From positions 60,822,001 to 60,886,000 of the forward strand of contig OY740785.1 in the NCBI GenBank assembly GCA_963514005.1: 64,000 bases of DNA, read 5' to 3'. The translations under genes were made by a program, and so were the position numbers. Numbering within the stretch: position 1 is the stretch's first letter; every line of letters starts with the position of its first letter. The DNA comes from Raja brachyura (Eukaryota). The notes below the pieces were generated by a model. The model made no database searches, was not told the DNA's origin, and saw nothing but the letters and a program-made list of their open reading frames with translations. Of this stretch, positions 51,201 to 60,149 are shown in pieces.

Positions 51201-52028
51201 CAAAACTGCACACAATACTCCAGGTGTGGTCTCACTAGGGCCCTGTACAACTGCAGAAAGACCTCTTTGCTCCTATATTCAACTTCTCGTGTTATGAAGG
51301 CCAACATTCCATTAGCTTTCTTCACTGCCTGCTGTACATACATCAGGGGCAGACAGAAACAGAGGCTACCCCTCACAGATCAGACACTCTGAGGATTGCA
51401 CTGGAAGGCCAGTGCGATTTTTTGTACTTAAATCTCTGGGATGCTACCCGAGCCCACAAACCTCTGACTGATTAAAAAGTCTGAGCTTCAACAAAAAATG
51501 GTGAAAATACGCTTCCTGTGGAAAGAGAAATGTTTCCGATTCTGAAGAAAGGCCTTCTACCTGAAATACGGCTGATGTCTGGCCTGCTGAATGTTTCCAG
51601 CATGTGCTGTTTAAAAAAAACAGACTGCCAGTTTCACTTTTCATCGTTGACAGATCTGCCACAAGCAATGTGTTACCTTCTCTGTCACAGCCGAAGCTCA
51701 GTAGATTGTTGTCGTGGACCCGAGCTCCACTGGGACCTCTTTCAGCAGCTTCCCGTACATCTTTTTTAAATTCGATTCCGGTCTCCGCACCTTCCTCGCT
51801 CTCCGAGGCTGAGCTGGGGCTAGTGCAATAGGCCCGAGCAGGACTGCTGGGAGCAGGGGAGGGTTTGGAGGTGCAGGCGAGCCCCCGGTTGCGGCCGCGA
51901 CGCGTTGCAGCAGCCGCCGCCGCCACACACAAGCTCTGCTGTTGCTGCCCAGGCGCTCCCTCGCTATCCTCCTCGCTCGACTGACTCTTCCTGCGGCGGA
52001 ATGTCCGCTTCGAACTCTTGCGGAACAT
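1847..52028 (-). CDS. GCFC2: GC-rich sequence DNA-binding factor 2 (intron large complex / Ntr2-like); 17 coding exons in window, final exon(s) beyond left edge
   Basis: Hand-spliced exons join in frame with GT-AG sites (2489 nt). Peptides match the GCFC family and GCFC2 in particular: [85 protein letters not shown]. Confidence 0.93.
2567..2713 (-). CDS. GCFC2: GCFC2 exon 16 (147 nt)
   Basis: TAG|[12 protein letters not shown]...[10 protein letters not shown]...EKCEM|GTAAAT. Confidence 0.94.
3271..4215 (-). mobile_element. Penelope-like element remnant with decayed hammerhead core, interrupted by a CR1 3' tail (~3700-3806)
   Basis: [14 protein letters not shown]...PLVLAFHP peptide; pLTR-like end shared with the 62.3-kb copy; CTGAAGA..GAAAC on minus at ~3362-3390. 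Confidence 0.75.
4508..4574 (-). CDS. GCFC2: GCFC2 exon 15 (67 nt)
   Basis: TAG|.[22 protein letters not shown]|GTGAGA. Confidence 0.92.
4839..5623 (+). mobile_element. Non-autonomous Helitron A
   Basis: A|TC start into (TCTA)n(TCCA)n; 3' hairpin GGACCC-AAC-GGGTCC, then CACTTGGTCCAG (CTAG variant); 5' boundary uncertain. Confidence 0.65.
5624..5932 (+). mobile_element. Non-autonomous Helitron B with internal (TGTC)n
   Basis: TCTAT start; hairpin GCAACCC-CAAC-GGGTTGC (5904-5921); ends CTAG|T. Confidence 0.75.
6763..7020 (+). repeat. ~40-bp minisatellite (CCCACACATGTGACTAGGGGGACACTGTACCACT) inside Helitron C
   Basis: About 7 visible tandem units. Confidence 0.85.
7740..8886. repeat. ~1.1-kb C/T-rich low-complexity tract
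   Basis: Plus strand is strongly C/T-dominated and nearly G-free. Confidence 0.9.
9005..9081 (-). CDS. GCFC2: GCFC2 exon 14 (77 nt)
   Basis: TAG|[25 protein letters not shown]|GTAAAT. Confidence 0.93.
9400..11265 (+). mobile_element. Rex1/Babar-like LINE, decayed RT region to 3' tail
   Basis: [14 protein letters not shown]...[21 protein letters not shown]; GAPQ..VLSPLL motif region; tail TGACAATTAAAC; many stops and frameshifts. Confidence 0.85.
11390..11511 (-). CDS. GCFC2: GCFC2 exon 13 (122 nt)
   Basis: CAG|..[21 protein letters not shown]...SKASQ|GTAGAG. Confidence 0.93.
11871..12021 (-). CDS. GCFC2: GCFC2 exon 12 (151 nt)
   Basis: TAG|[18 protein letters not shown]...[11 protein letters not shown]|GTAATT. 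Confidence 0.92.
12657..14253 (+). mobile_element. Full-length decayed Tc1-family transposon with long IR/DR-type TIRs
   Basis: TIR (C/T)AGTGCCCTCCATAATGTTTGGGACA at both ends after TA; ~200-bp inverted arms with an inner repeat CCATAATGTTTGG; transposase remnants [25 protein letters not shown]. Confidence 0.92.
14388..15907 (+). mobile_element. Young 5'-truncated CR1 LINE (subfamily A) with uninterrupted RT ORF
   Basis: ORF 14327-15811: [33 protein letters not shown]; tail (CTATGTTT)n. Confidence 0.96.
17201..17400 (-). CDS. GCFC2: GCFC2 exon 11 (200 nt)
   Basis: TAG|..[13 protein letters not shown]...[18 protein letters not shown]...IGWNPLK|GTAAGT. Confidence 0.95.
17956..18071 (-). CDS. 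GCFC2: GCFC2 exon 10 (116 nt)
   Basis: TAG|.[38 protein letters not shown]|GTAAGC. Confidence 0.92.
18158..18251 (-). CDS. GCFC2: GCFC2 exon 9 (94 nt)
   Basis: CAG|..EDDITSC...[10 protein letters not shown]|GTATTT; followed by an 86-nt intron. Confidence 0.88.
18648..18771 (-). CDS. GCFC2: GCFC2 exon 8 (124 nt)
   Basis: TAG|[33 protein letters not shown]...QLS|GTTAGT. Confidence 0.92.
19828..21198 (+). mobile_element. 5'-truncated CR1 LINE (subfamily B, HER1-like)
   Basis: ORFs 19924-20841 and 20825-21121 (YADD), split by an extra G in a G7 run; 3' end GGCCTGTTTCCGTGCTGTA shared with V-SINE tails. Confidence 0.95.
21313..21499 (-). CDS. GCFC2: GCFC2 exon 7 (187 nt)
   Basis: CAG|.[11 protein letters not shown]...[19 protein letters not shown]|GTAC. 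Confidence 0.93.
21910..24855 (-). mobile_element. CR1 LINE (subfamily A): end of ORF1 plus decayed ORF2 (APE endonuclease + RT)
   Basis: GITETWL, VIYRPPN, GGSDHN (endonuclease); [16 protein letters not shown] (RT); ORF1 end [11 protein letters not shown] near 24790. Confidence 0.94.
25192..25304 (-). CDS. GCFC2: GCFC2 exon 6 (113 nt)
   Basis: CAG|[10 protein letters not shown]...[15 protein letters not shown]|GTATC. Confidence 0.9.
27132..27408 (+). mobile_element. Full-length tRNA-derived V-SINE (HE1-like)
   Basis: A box GGTGGCGCAGCAG, B box GGTTCGATCCC (27186-27196), V-core, tail TATCTCTAAAACTAAA; related copies at ~12360-12620, 25680-25950, 26550-26930(-), 56570-56890(-), 57195-57490. 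Confidence 0.85.
27545..27645 (-). CDS. GCFC2: GCFC2 exon 5 (101 nt)
   Basis: CAG|..INESDDES...[17 protein letters not shown]|GTAGGA. Confidence 0.9.
28175..28480 (+). mobile_element. HE1-like V-SINE
   Basis: Degenerate A/B boxes, core GTGGGTTTTCTCCAGGTGCTCCGGTTTCC, CR1-derived tail. Confidence 0.8.
29367..31447 (+). mobile_element. Tc1-family transposon (right TIR lost), inserted in a Rex1 LINE and carrying an L2 insertion
   Basis: TA|CAGTGCATTCAGAATGTATTTAGACCCC; transposase from 30430 (MKTKELS) with [20 protein letters not shown], ending KGASTKY* at 31441. Confidence 0.92.
29581..30251 (+). mobile_element. L2-clade LINE 3' fragment
   Basis: [38 protein letters not shown]; tail AATAAAAG(TGACT)n. 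Confidence 0.92.
31862..33700 (-). mobile_element. CR1 LINE (subfamily B, HER1-like)
   Basis: ORFs 32728-33531 and 32078-32605 ([20 protein letters not shown]); closely similar to the 19.8-kb copy. Confidence 0.94.
33899..34117 (-). CDS. GCFC2: GCFC2 exon 4 (219 nt)
   Basis: CAG|[28 protein letters not shown]...DDHEKRIDF...RQKMAEDI|GTAAGA. Confidence 0.92.
34617..34970. mobile_element. MITE, probably hAT-type
   Basis: TIRs AAAGATCCTATAGC..GCAAGATAG.CCACT at both ends; flanks TTCAAGAG / GTCAACAG resemble an 8-bp TSD, but the site is itself a short tandem repeat. Confidence 0.7.
34971..35910 (-). mobile_element. Rex1/Babar-like LINE 3' part
   Basis: [11 protein letters not shown]...[29 protein letters not shown]; KFADDTT region near 35820. 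Confidence 0.88.
36148..36802 (-). mobile_element. CR1 LINE 3' fragment (subfamily A)
   Basis: [13 protein letters not shown]...[15 protein letters not shown] plus 3' UTR. Confidence 0.93.
37738..38940 (+). mobile_element. Internally deleted Ty3/Gypsy LTR retrotransposon
   Basis: 5' LTR TGTA...TACA (37738-37946); PBS TGGCGTCAGAAGT (tRNA-Leu-like); gag remnant from 38027; partial 3' LTR ending TTTACA at 38940; 5-bp TSD GTTTG. Confidence 0.88.
38970..38997 (+). ncRNA. Minimal hammerhead-ribozyme core in a Penelope-derived repeat (repeat extends to ~39065)
   Basis: CTGAAGA-A-GGGTC-TT-GACCC-GAAA-CG-TC; activity not demonstrated. Confidence 0.6.
39547..40682. mobile_element. pogo/Tigger-like non-autonomous DNA element with nested inserts
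   Basis: Degenerate TIRs AGTAAATCCTCTTTTTAATGGACC / GGTCCGTTACAACAAGGGTTTACT; subterminal TTGGTTATAGCGGA repeats. Confidence 0.6.
40731..40758 (+). ncRNA. Minimal hammerhead-ribozyme core in a Penelope-derived repeat (~40705-40822)
   Basis: CTGAAGA-A-GGGTC-TT-GACCC-GAAA-CG-TC, identical core to 38970. Confidence 0.6.
41050..41205 (-). CDS. GCFC2: GCFC2 exon 3 (156 nt, phase 1-1, acidic)
   Basis: TTTTAG|..[24 protein letters not shown]...[17 protein letters not shown]|GTTTGG; open and in phase, but low-complexity with a weaker donor. Confidence 0.7.
41232..41850 (+). mobile_element. Non-autonomous retroposon with a Rex1-type 3' tail (partial second copy at ~40370-40555)
   Basis: Shared head ATGGCTGCC..GCCA.CAG; internal repeats GACTTTAACATCA; tail TGACAATAAAAGACCTTTGAAACCTTTGAA. 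Confidence 0.55.
42140..42655 (-). mobile_element. Rex1/Babar-like LINE 3' fragment
   Basis: [29 protein letters not shown]; [10 protein letters not shown]. Confidence 0.8.
42655..42883 (+). mobile_element. V-SINE whose tail received the DIRS insertion
   Basis: Core TTTCCTCCCA and tail GCCGAAGGGCCTGTTTCC...CTCTAAACT. Confidence 0.75.
42884..48089 (-). mobile_element. DIRS1-type tyrosine-recombinase retrotransposon; termini intact, coding region decayed and RT deleted
   Basis: ITR pair 42959-42994 / 48028-48063; ICR 43099-43211 complementary to both ends; gag [17 protein letters not shown]; RNase [10 protein letters not shown] and MGG...NIVADTRS; MT-like DLFASRL and DAFSLRW..FYVFP; [10 protein letters not shown]...[11 protein letters not shown]. 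Confidence 0.93.
48213..48323 (-). CDS. GCFC2: GCFC2 exon 2 (111 nt, phase 1-1)
   Basis: TAG|..[16 protein letters not shown]...VITK|GTAAAC. Confidence 0.82.
50683..51341 (-). mobile_element. CR1 LINE 3' fragment (subfamily A)
   Basis: [16 protein letters not shown]...LGESRTRGH plus 3' UTR. Confidence 0.92.
51677..52028 (-). CDS. GCFC2: GCFC2 coding exon 1 (352 nt)
   Basis: ATG 52028, [23 protein letters not shown]...[10 protein letters not shown]; donor AAG|GTAACA; lies in a CpG island. Confidence 0.88.
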
Positions 52029-52160
52029 TCCAAAGACAATCGCGGAAGGAAGGAACACGGTCCCCGCCGCCGACACCGCGTTCTCAGCGCACGCCACGCG
52101 AGATGGAGGGAGGATTCTTCCACGGTGCAAGGCGGGGGGGGGGGGGGGGGGGGAGAGAGC
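51760..52160 (-). promoter_or_regulatory. CpG island / promoter of GCFC2, with a G20 run at 52134-52153
   Basis: Strong CpG and GC enrichment over exon 1 against a CpG-depleted background. Confidence 0.75.
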
Positions 52161-55149
52161 AGAAACGATAAGCAGTTACTTTAAACATTTCATTTTGAAG
52201 TAATTTCGTTGACACGAAATTTGCACGAATGTTCATTATTACACCACAAAAGCAACTTATTTCACTCTATGTCTAATCTATCACCGAAGCATCTTACACG
52301 TCACTCCCCCACCCCCAAACAATATGTTAAATCCCCGGGTCAAGAGTTGCCCCTGTTTCCTTGCAAAAGTTATGCTTGTGAGGAACATCAGGAATTGGAG
52401 TAGGAGTAGGCATTTGCTCATTGGATAGACACAAAATGCTGGAATAACTCAGCGGGATAGGCATTTTGTGTCTCTCTTCAGCGTATATTTGGTGTAAACC
52501 AGCATCTGCAGTTCCTTCCAACACATTTGCTCCTTGGAGTCTGAAGGGTCCCAACCCGAAACGTCCGTCACCTATTTATGTTTTCCAGAGATGGTGCCCG
52601 ACCCACTGAGTTACTCCAGCCCTCTGTGTATTTTTTTTTCTGCACCAGCATCTGCAGTTCCTTGTATCTACTATCATTATTGCATTGTAATTCTCTGTAT
52701 TTATGTCAAAAAACATTTAAAAGATGGGATTGCTGCAGGATAAGTGTAAATCAAGTGGCAGACCTGTAGACTTTAGCAGAATTAATAGGCCGAAGGGCCT
52801 TCGCCTTCTCCGTCTCTGCCTCAGAGGACGGTGGAGGCCGGTTCTCTGGATACTTTCAAGAGAGAGCTAGATAGGGATCTTAAAGATAGCAGAGTCAGGG
52901 GATATGGGGAGAAGGCAGGAACGGGGTACTGATTGGGGATGATCAGCCATTATCACATTGAATGGCCTACTCCAGCACCTATTGTGCTGTTTCTCTATGT
53001 TATTCCGTGAGTTGTTTCTGTCCCAAGTTTCACATTCTCAAGTCCAACAGAATACAAAATGCCATCATCCTCTGATCAATAATTCCTAGGGGATGTTTTA
53101 TTGTAAGTTCATTCATTAAACTTTATCGTCTCATTATCGATTATCAGATCCAAATGGCCATATTGCTGATTGGCTCCATAACATAATGCTCTAGATAACT
53201 GCAAATTTACAGGAGACAACACTATGAATGTGTTCTTGGAACTATCCTTTTCAAATTAATTAACCTTATCTATAATAAAATGAAAGTCTCCCATGATTAT
53301 ATTTTTGCATGTCCTCATTATTAGACCATAAGACATAGGAGGAGCCTTAGGCCATTCGGCCATCGAGCCTGCTCCACCATTCGATCATGGCTGATCTATT
53401 TATCTCAACCCCACTCTCCTGTCGTCTCCCATAACCTTTGACGTTACTAATCACAAACCTATCAATCCCATATTTAAAAAAAACCCAATGACTTGGTCAC
53501 CCTGCTGTCTGTGGCAATTAATTCCACAAATTCGCCACCGTCTGAAAATTCCTCCTCAATTACATTTTGAAGGTACGTCCTTTTATTTTGAGGCTGTGCC
53601 CTCTGGTCCTAAACTCTCCCACTACTGGAAACATCCTTTCCACATATATTATTTGTTGTCGTACTCTTTTCTGCAGTGTGGCTAATAGTTTAGGAGTCCA
53701 TATACCACTCCTATAACATATATCAGCATTATCTTTACCTCTCTATTTTTAATGCCAATCCAAATGAATTCAGCCTCAATCATCACTACCCATTGTATTT
53801 ATATAATTGTTTATAATAGTGCTATCGCAACACATTTTTTCCCATTTCGACCTGAATGTCAATATTTCCAGGATATAAAGTTCTTAGCATTAATCCTAAG
53901 ATTAGCATATCATCGGCTATGTCATATCCATTGATCTCCATTTATGCCATTGTTTTCAACCTACCTTAGTGCGTATGCTTTGTGCATTAAGATACAATAG
54001 CTTTAGGCTTATTTTTGTCAACTTTAATTATCTTCCCATGTTGTTGATACTTTGGCTCTGTTTGTCACTTGTCATTGATTTCCCAGCCACGTGCTTTTGC
54101 ACTCGTTCACTTGTCTCCTACTTCTCCCTCTCTTGCCTTCCAGTTTACACAAGGTCTGAAGAACGGTTCCAAGCCGAAATTTTGCATGACCGCCAGAGAT
54201 ACTGCCAGACCCGTTGTGTTACTGAAACACATTTTTTTGATTGGGTTCCCTTCCCCTTGTCATTCCAGTTTGAACTTTCCACCACAACTCAGCAACCACC
54301 CTCACATGCAAAGATAGTATCTTTGCTCACAAGGTCGTCAATCCCAGGTCCTCAGGCAATAACCTGCCCCACCTGCACAGGTCCAACCTTCCCCAAAGTC
54401 TGTTATGGTGTCTCAGGAATGTGCCCTTCTTGCTGAGCCCTCAAATGCTCTCCCAAATGGCACACACCGAATCAAACAGCCATTACAGAGACATGGTTTT
54501 GCTTGTGGATTAACATTTAATATTCATGGAATTTTTACTTTTAATAAGAACATGTGGGAAGAGAAAGTGGCGGGTTAACACTATTAAACGACCAAATGAG
54601 TACGGTTGACAGAGATGATCGAGGCTATGAGAGTATTGAGTCAATTTGGGTAGATGTTTGAAATATTGAGGGCAATAGGATGTTTAAGTAAAGTATCCTT
54701 TATTGTTATTCAGACCTTTCGGTCTGAACAAAATGTTGTTCCTTGCAGTCATACATTTAATAAAATGACAAACCACACAATAAACACAAATTAACATCCA
54801 CCACAGTGAGTTCACCAAGCGCCTCCTCACTGTGGTGGAAGGCAAAAGTCTTAAGTCTTTGTGTCTTCCCTCCTTGCTCTCCCTCTGCGCTGAGGCTATC
54901 CAGAAGGAACTGCAGATGCTGGAAAATCGAAGATAGACAAAAATGCTGGATAAACTCAGCGGGTGAGGCAGCATCTGTGGTCTGAATAAGGGTTTCGACC
55001 CGAAACGTTGCCTATTTCCTTCGCTTCATAGTTAGATGCTGCCTCACCCGCTTAGTTTATCCAGCATTTTTGTCTACCGAGGGAAATAAGATTTTGGCCT
55101 TCAATTGTGCTACCCCTTGGGCTCTCAATTTACCCCAGGATTTTTCCTG

Positions 55150-55630
55150 TCTGGCCCCGTCTCCGGTCTACTCGTGTATTTCATTTCTACCTCCTCTTCT
55201 CCGGCCTTCTGCTCTGCTCCGCTCCGCTCTGCTGGGCTCGGTCCTCCCCCTATCTCCTCCCTCCCTCCCTCCCCCCGGACTCTCTTCCTGTCTCGCTGCT
55301 GTCAGCGCCATGTTATCGCTGTGACACTGCGGCTCCGCAACAGGTCGGAGGGGGATCGCGGTTGCCGCGCTGCGGGCAGAGGCGGCCGGGCCGGACCGGA
55401 CCGGACCGGACTGGGCGGGGAGCGAGCGGAGGAGGAGGCGCGGGTTGGAAGGCGCAGGGAAGGAGGTGAGACTCGGAGGCTTTGCCGGCGGGGCCGGGCC
55501 GGGCCTCCGTCACCAGCCGCCCGCCGGTGGATCGGGTCCGGGGGCAGCTGGAGCGTCTACCCCGGGGGAGAGTTCACCTCGGCGTCGGTGAGCAGTGAGT
55601 GGGCTCAGCTGGTGGACACGGGGCAGAGGT
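55150..55630. promoter_or_regulatory. Second CpG island; probable promoter / non-coding first exon of a divergent gene
   Basis: GC/CpG-rich; GC box GGGCGGGG near 55413; YY1-like CGCCATGTT near 55306; + strand donor-like GAG|GTGAGA at 55466. Confidence 0.6.
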
Positions 55631-57599
55631 GGAAGGTTGGATTTATGGTCCTCCTGTGCAGAGAAAGCTTTGAATTTGTCATTTACAAACGGAGTTGTGT
55701 GTTGCCAGGACGCAGCTCTGGCTTGGGCAAGGCCATCTGAAATCATAGCATTTTTTCAATTGGCTGGATTAGTTGGCGATTTGTTACTTCCCTTTAAACG
55801 CGGGTTTTGCATTTTGATTCGCTGGCTCTAACATCAACATCATTTCAATGTGTAGTATATTTCATAGAAGCGTTTACTTCGGAGATTATAAAGTACAAAG
55901 CGTAAGTAGACAGTATTACAGAAAAGAAATGTAGGTCAGTAATTTTCTTGGCTGTAGATCTGCTTTGGAGCAGATCAACTCATTTAAAACTTCCATGTTA
56001 CGAAATGGTATGTATTTTTGAAAAATGAATTTTAATTTTTTTTATTTTGATAAACTTGTCTCAAAATTAAAAGCTTTCCGTAATCCATGGTATCTTCATT
56101 ATAAAAGTGGTTCACATTCCTGGTTTGCTTTAATCAATTAGGCTGCATTAAGTTGAAATTGTTTTGCTGCATTAATTATTATTGTCCCATTTCTTTGTGT
56201 GTTAGCCATGATTCGGCGAATGTCATTTTGCCTGTGTTAGAAACCACACTTTACCATGTAGATTTTCAGCAATTGAAAGATTGAGCTGATGTATTTTATT
56301 AAGATTGTTAAATTGAGGCCCTTATTTATCAAATAAAGTGAACATTGCACCATTCGTGAAGGAATGTGATAGTTTACCCGTGTGTGGTAAAGAACTGGAT
56401 ACACCACAGGATGACTTACTGGGAACGTGCAGCAATATATTTTTTAAATGATAAAGTCTTACTCAGTAACTTCTGTGGTGGATAACACCACCGTATTTAA
56501 AATAATATTTTAAGCAAGTGAATATCCCTGGTAAAGCTAATTTGTCCATTGTCAGTTATTTGTTAATCTTGGAGACAAACAGCACAGAAACAGGAGATTT
56601 GCCTTACCGAGCCCACGATGACCATCAACCATCCTTTTGCACTAATCTTACCTTGATCACTTTTTTTAATTCTCCCCACATCCTTATTTATTACTTCCCC
56701 ATCCACTTGTCATACCAGTTATTAACACAATAGAGGCAATTTGCAGCAGCTAATTAACCTATCAATGTGCAAGTCTTTGGAATGTTGGAGGAAAGCAGAG
56801 CATCTGGAGGAGCCGATATTGTCATAATGTGCAAAGTACACATAGACATGACCTGAGGTCAGCAGTGAATCCAAGCCTCCACCACTGTACCTCCCTTTTT
56901 CTTCTGAATAGTTAGAAATTACCCACCTTCATGCACTGTTGCAAGGAATGAATAACATGTTAATCATTTCTGAAGACATTTAAGGTGAAGAAATCTTATC
57001 AAGCTTAGGTTGAAATTTATTTCCCAAAAGGATACAAGTGAATTGGATGTTTTTCTCCCATAATCTGACATTTTGGTATTAATTTTACTGAGACTATTAT
57101 GATTTGGAATATTGCACTTGCTTTCTATTTATTTTTTCTGCATTATAGTTCATGCTGTGTATTCAAGTTATTGTGCTTGTTTAAAATAATTTTCATAGTG
57201 GTACAGCTGGTAGAACCTCACAGCACCAGAGTTCAAGGTTTGATCCTAACCCCACTGTCTGTGTGGAGCTTGCATGTTCTCCATGTGACCGCATGAGTTT
57301 CTTCCACGTGCTCTGTTTTTTCCCCCACATCGCAAAGACCTACTGATTTGTAGGTTAATTGCCCTGTCTAAGTTGTCCCCAGTGTGAAGGGGGTGGTTAT
57401 GAAAGGGGGATAACATATAACTAGTGTGAAAGGGTGATCGTTGGTCCAAAGAGCCTGTTGCCATGCTGTATCTCTAAACTAAACTAAATACAGTGGAAAA
57501 AGATGTAATCCTTAATTCTCCAGTATGTTCAAAATAATTTATCTTTCAAAGTGCATAACTGATCATTCTGCAGACTGGTGTTAAATATCACCAACAAGG

Positions 57600-57740
57600 T
57601 CTTCTCTTCTTCTTCTTCTTCTGGTGTATGGCGTGCATAGCCTAAAGTTGTAGGACAACTTGGTCTATTTGATTTTGCACGCCAGGTTGATTACATTCGT
57701 TGAAGCAGGGTGGACCACGTGAAGGTTGCAATCTCCCACT
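57600..57740 (-). mobile_element. Probable RTE-clade retroposon 3' end with (GAA)n tail
   Basis: (TTC)n run followed by a CpG-containing unique stretch; family assigned from tail type only. Confidence 0.35.
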
Positions 57741-60149
57741 AAAAACCACAGGGTGTTGTTACAGACTTACTTGGCATACAGCTCAGAAACAGGCCTTTTG
57801 GCCCAACTTTTTCATGCCCCATCTAGGCTTATCCCATTTGCCCACATTTGGCTCGTATTCCTGCAAACCTTTCCTTTTCATGTAGCTGCCCAAATGTATT
57901 TTAAATGGTGTTATTTTAGTTGCCTTAATTATCTCCTCTGGCAATTTGTTCCATCTAGCCACCACCATGACAAGGTACATGAAAACGTTTCACTTCAGGT
58001 TCTTGTTAATCTTTTCCCCCTATGTTCATACAAATCAGGTGGATGTACTGTGTTTATTTACCAAATAAATATCTACCACCACTATGTAACCAAGTAAGAA
58101 GAGTATTCACAATGATTGAAAACGAGTTCTAACAGATTTCTAATTTGATAGCTTAATTTTAAGTGATGTGGATATATTAAGCAACAAAGCGTAATGGCAA
58201 TGTCTAGCCCTCCCATTTTATGCACTAATTAAAATTTGCAGGTGGCTAGCATCTAACATATTAGACAACACCGATTTAATAGCAGAGTTCTTCAACTGAG
58301 CCCTTGTGTTTTGAAATGTAGCTTCCAGTAAAGCTGTAGCCAACTATTTCTCTGTGGACATTCAAAACTTTTTGCATCAGTACAAACACTGCACTTATTT
58401 TCTGTGATGTAGACAATAACTGCCCAATGAAGTTAGCAGTAAGCATATACTCCAATGGAGATAGCTTCATGACATCATAAACTGAATTTGCATTTTCTGT
58501 GGTTAAATACATATTGTGAATCCTGATCTGTTTCTCTGTCTTTTCTAAAGAAGATATCTACTTTTGAATCATGAACCTCTTGAAAATAATAACCATATGA
58601 GTAAATTGTGAGGTGCATTTGGACTTGGTGAGTTCACCTTCTTCTTTTGAAAATGGTGGCAGTAAGTTGCTGTTAATTATCTCAACTTGCAAGAGCACAG
58701 GGGGGAATATGGGGGTTGGGAGTGGTAGGATAACGAGAAGATACGTTTTAAAGGTTATTCTGGTGTGCACAATTAGAGTGGTCTTTTTTTGAGATACAGA
58801 AGCATTTTCACTTTCACTCCATAACAGGAGGAACAATCCGAAGTAAAATCAGACAAACCTTTTTTCTAAAATTGGTAAATGGACTCAATTTTAAGCTGTT
58901 TTGAGACTATTGAAATATATTAGTTGAAACCATTGTATTTTTGAGGAAATTGAACCAAACCAATGAAAGTTGTTTCATTATGTATAAATATCATACCAAT
59001 GTCTTGGTATGTTAATTATTGTCCATTAATCTTTCGGGTACTGAAAATCAGAAATACAAATTCTTGGTTTCAATTTTTTAGTTTAATTGTTGAAGACATT
59101 TAAAATTCAAATTCTCTGAATCTCTGTTTTCCCCTTTTTTCTCCAGCAGAGCAAAGGATAAACTAACTGCCTTCTCAAACCTTATGCTTGTTACTTTGCA
59201 GTCCTTCAATCTGATTGGGTAAAGCAGAGTTACTTGCTGTTTATTCATTTGAGATCTCTTGTCAGCCTTGTACCACAATATCAGTTCATCATTTCAGATT
59301 CAGATTCAGATTCAGATTCAGATTCAATTTTAATTGTCATTGTCAGTGTACAGTACAGAGACAACAAAATGCATTTTTGAATGGATTTCAATAATTTGCC
59401 AAGCGAATAGGTGCAGGTTGAATTGTAGGCAGATGCCATTTGTAGCAAAATCTCTGCGATTGAGTTTTCTTCTTGTCTACCTCCATCTCTAATAGCTGGG
59501 GATTCAAATTAATGACAAGGTACTCAAATAATTAAAATAAAGACAGAGAGGTACTGCATCTATACTGTACACTACTTTCACAGAAGCAAACCAGTTGTGC
59601 CTAGTTTCCTACTGAAACATTTCTGCCAACACAGAGCAACAGGTCACGTTATGATTCTTAAAGGAGTACACACCCAATATTACATAAGCCACGATTGGAC
59701 ACATTCAAAGCCTATGACCTAATTGGATTAGTTTGGCTTATGGGTATGTACACCAGAGTGCAATAACATTTCCTGTTCACATGAGCCTCGCAGGGTAAAT
59801 CATACACAATAGTGATAAATACAACAATAAATACAATGATTAATTCAAAACCGAAGAATGGTGCAAGATTGTATTACAATCTAAAGAGCTGCAAAAAAAA
59901 TAAAACACAATATTGGGACAATCAAAAGAGATATAATTAAGAGTACTATCACAACGTTTAAGAAACATTCAGAAAGGTATATGGATAGAATAGGTTTAGA
60001 GAGATATGGGCCAAACGCAGGCTGGTGGAACTAGTGCAGGTGGGACATCTTGGTCGGTGTGGGCAAGTTGGGCCAAAGGGCGTGTTTCCACAGCATATGA
60101 CTATGAGTTAGGGAACGTATGCATACATCTGGGAAAAGTGGGGTGAAAC

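Noticed and set aside
1847-52028. Assignment to the paralogue PAXBP1 (GCFC1)
   Set aside because: Peptides such as [21 protein letters not shown] and SIPQLEN fit GCFC2 better as I recall the two proteins; a reciprocal BLAST would settle it.
51444-52130. 228-aa ORF as a single-exon gene
   Set aside because: It is GCFC2 exon 1 read through the donor at 51676 into intron and repeat sequence; the upstream start is a TTG.
55105-55740. 211-aa ORF over the second CpG island
   Set aside because: Arg/Gly/Ala-rich translation typical of stop-poor GC-rich DNA; non-ATG start and no recognisable domain.
58276-58836. Two minus-strand ORFs (78 and 92 aa) in unique-looking DNA
   Set aside because: No recognisable homology or convincing splice framework; lengths are compatible with chance.
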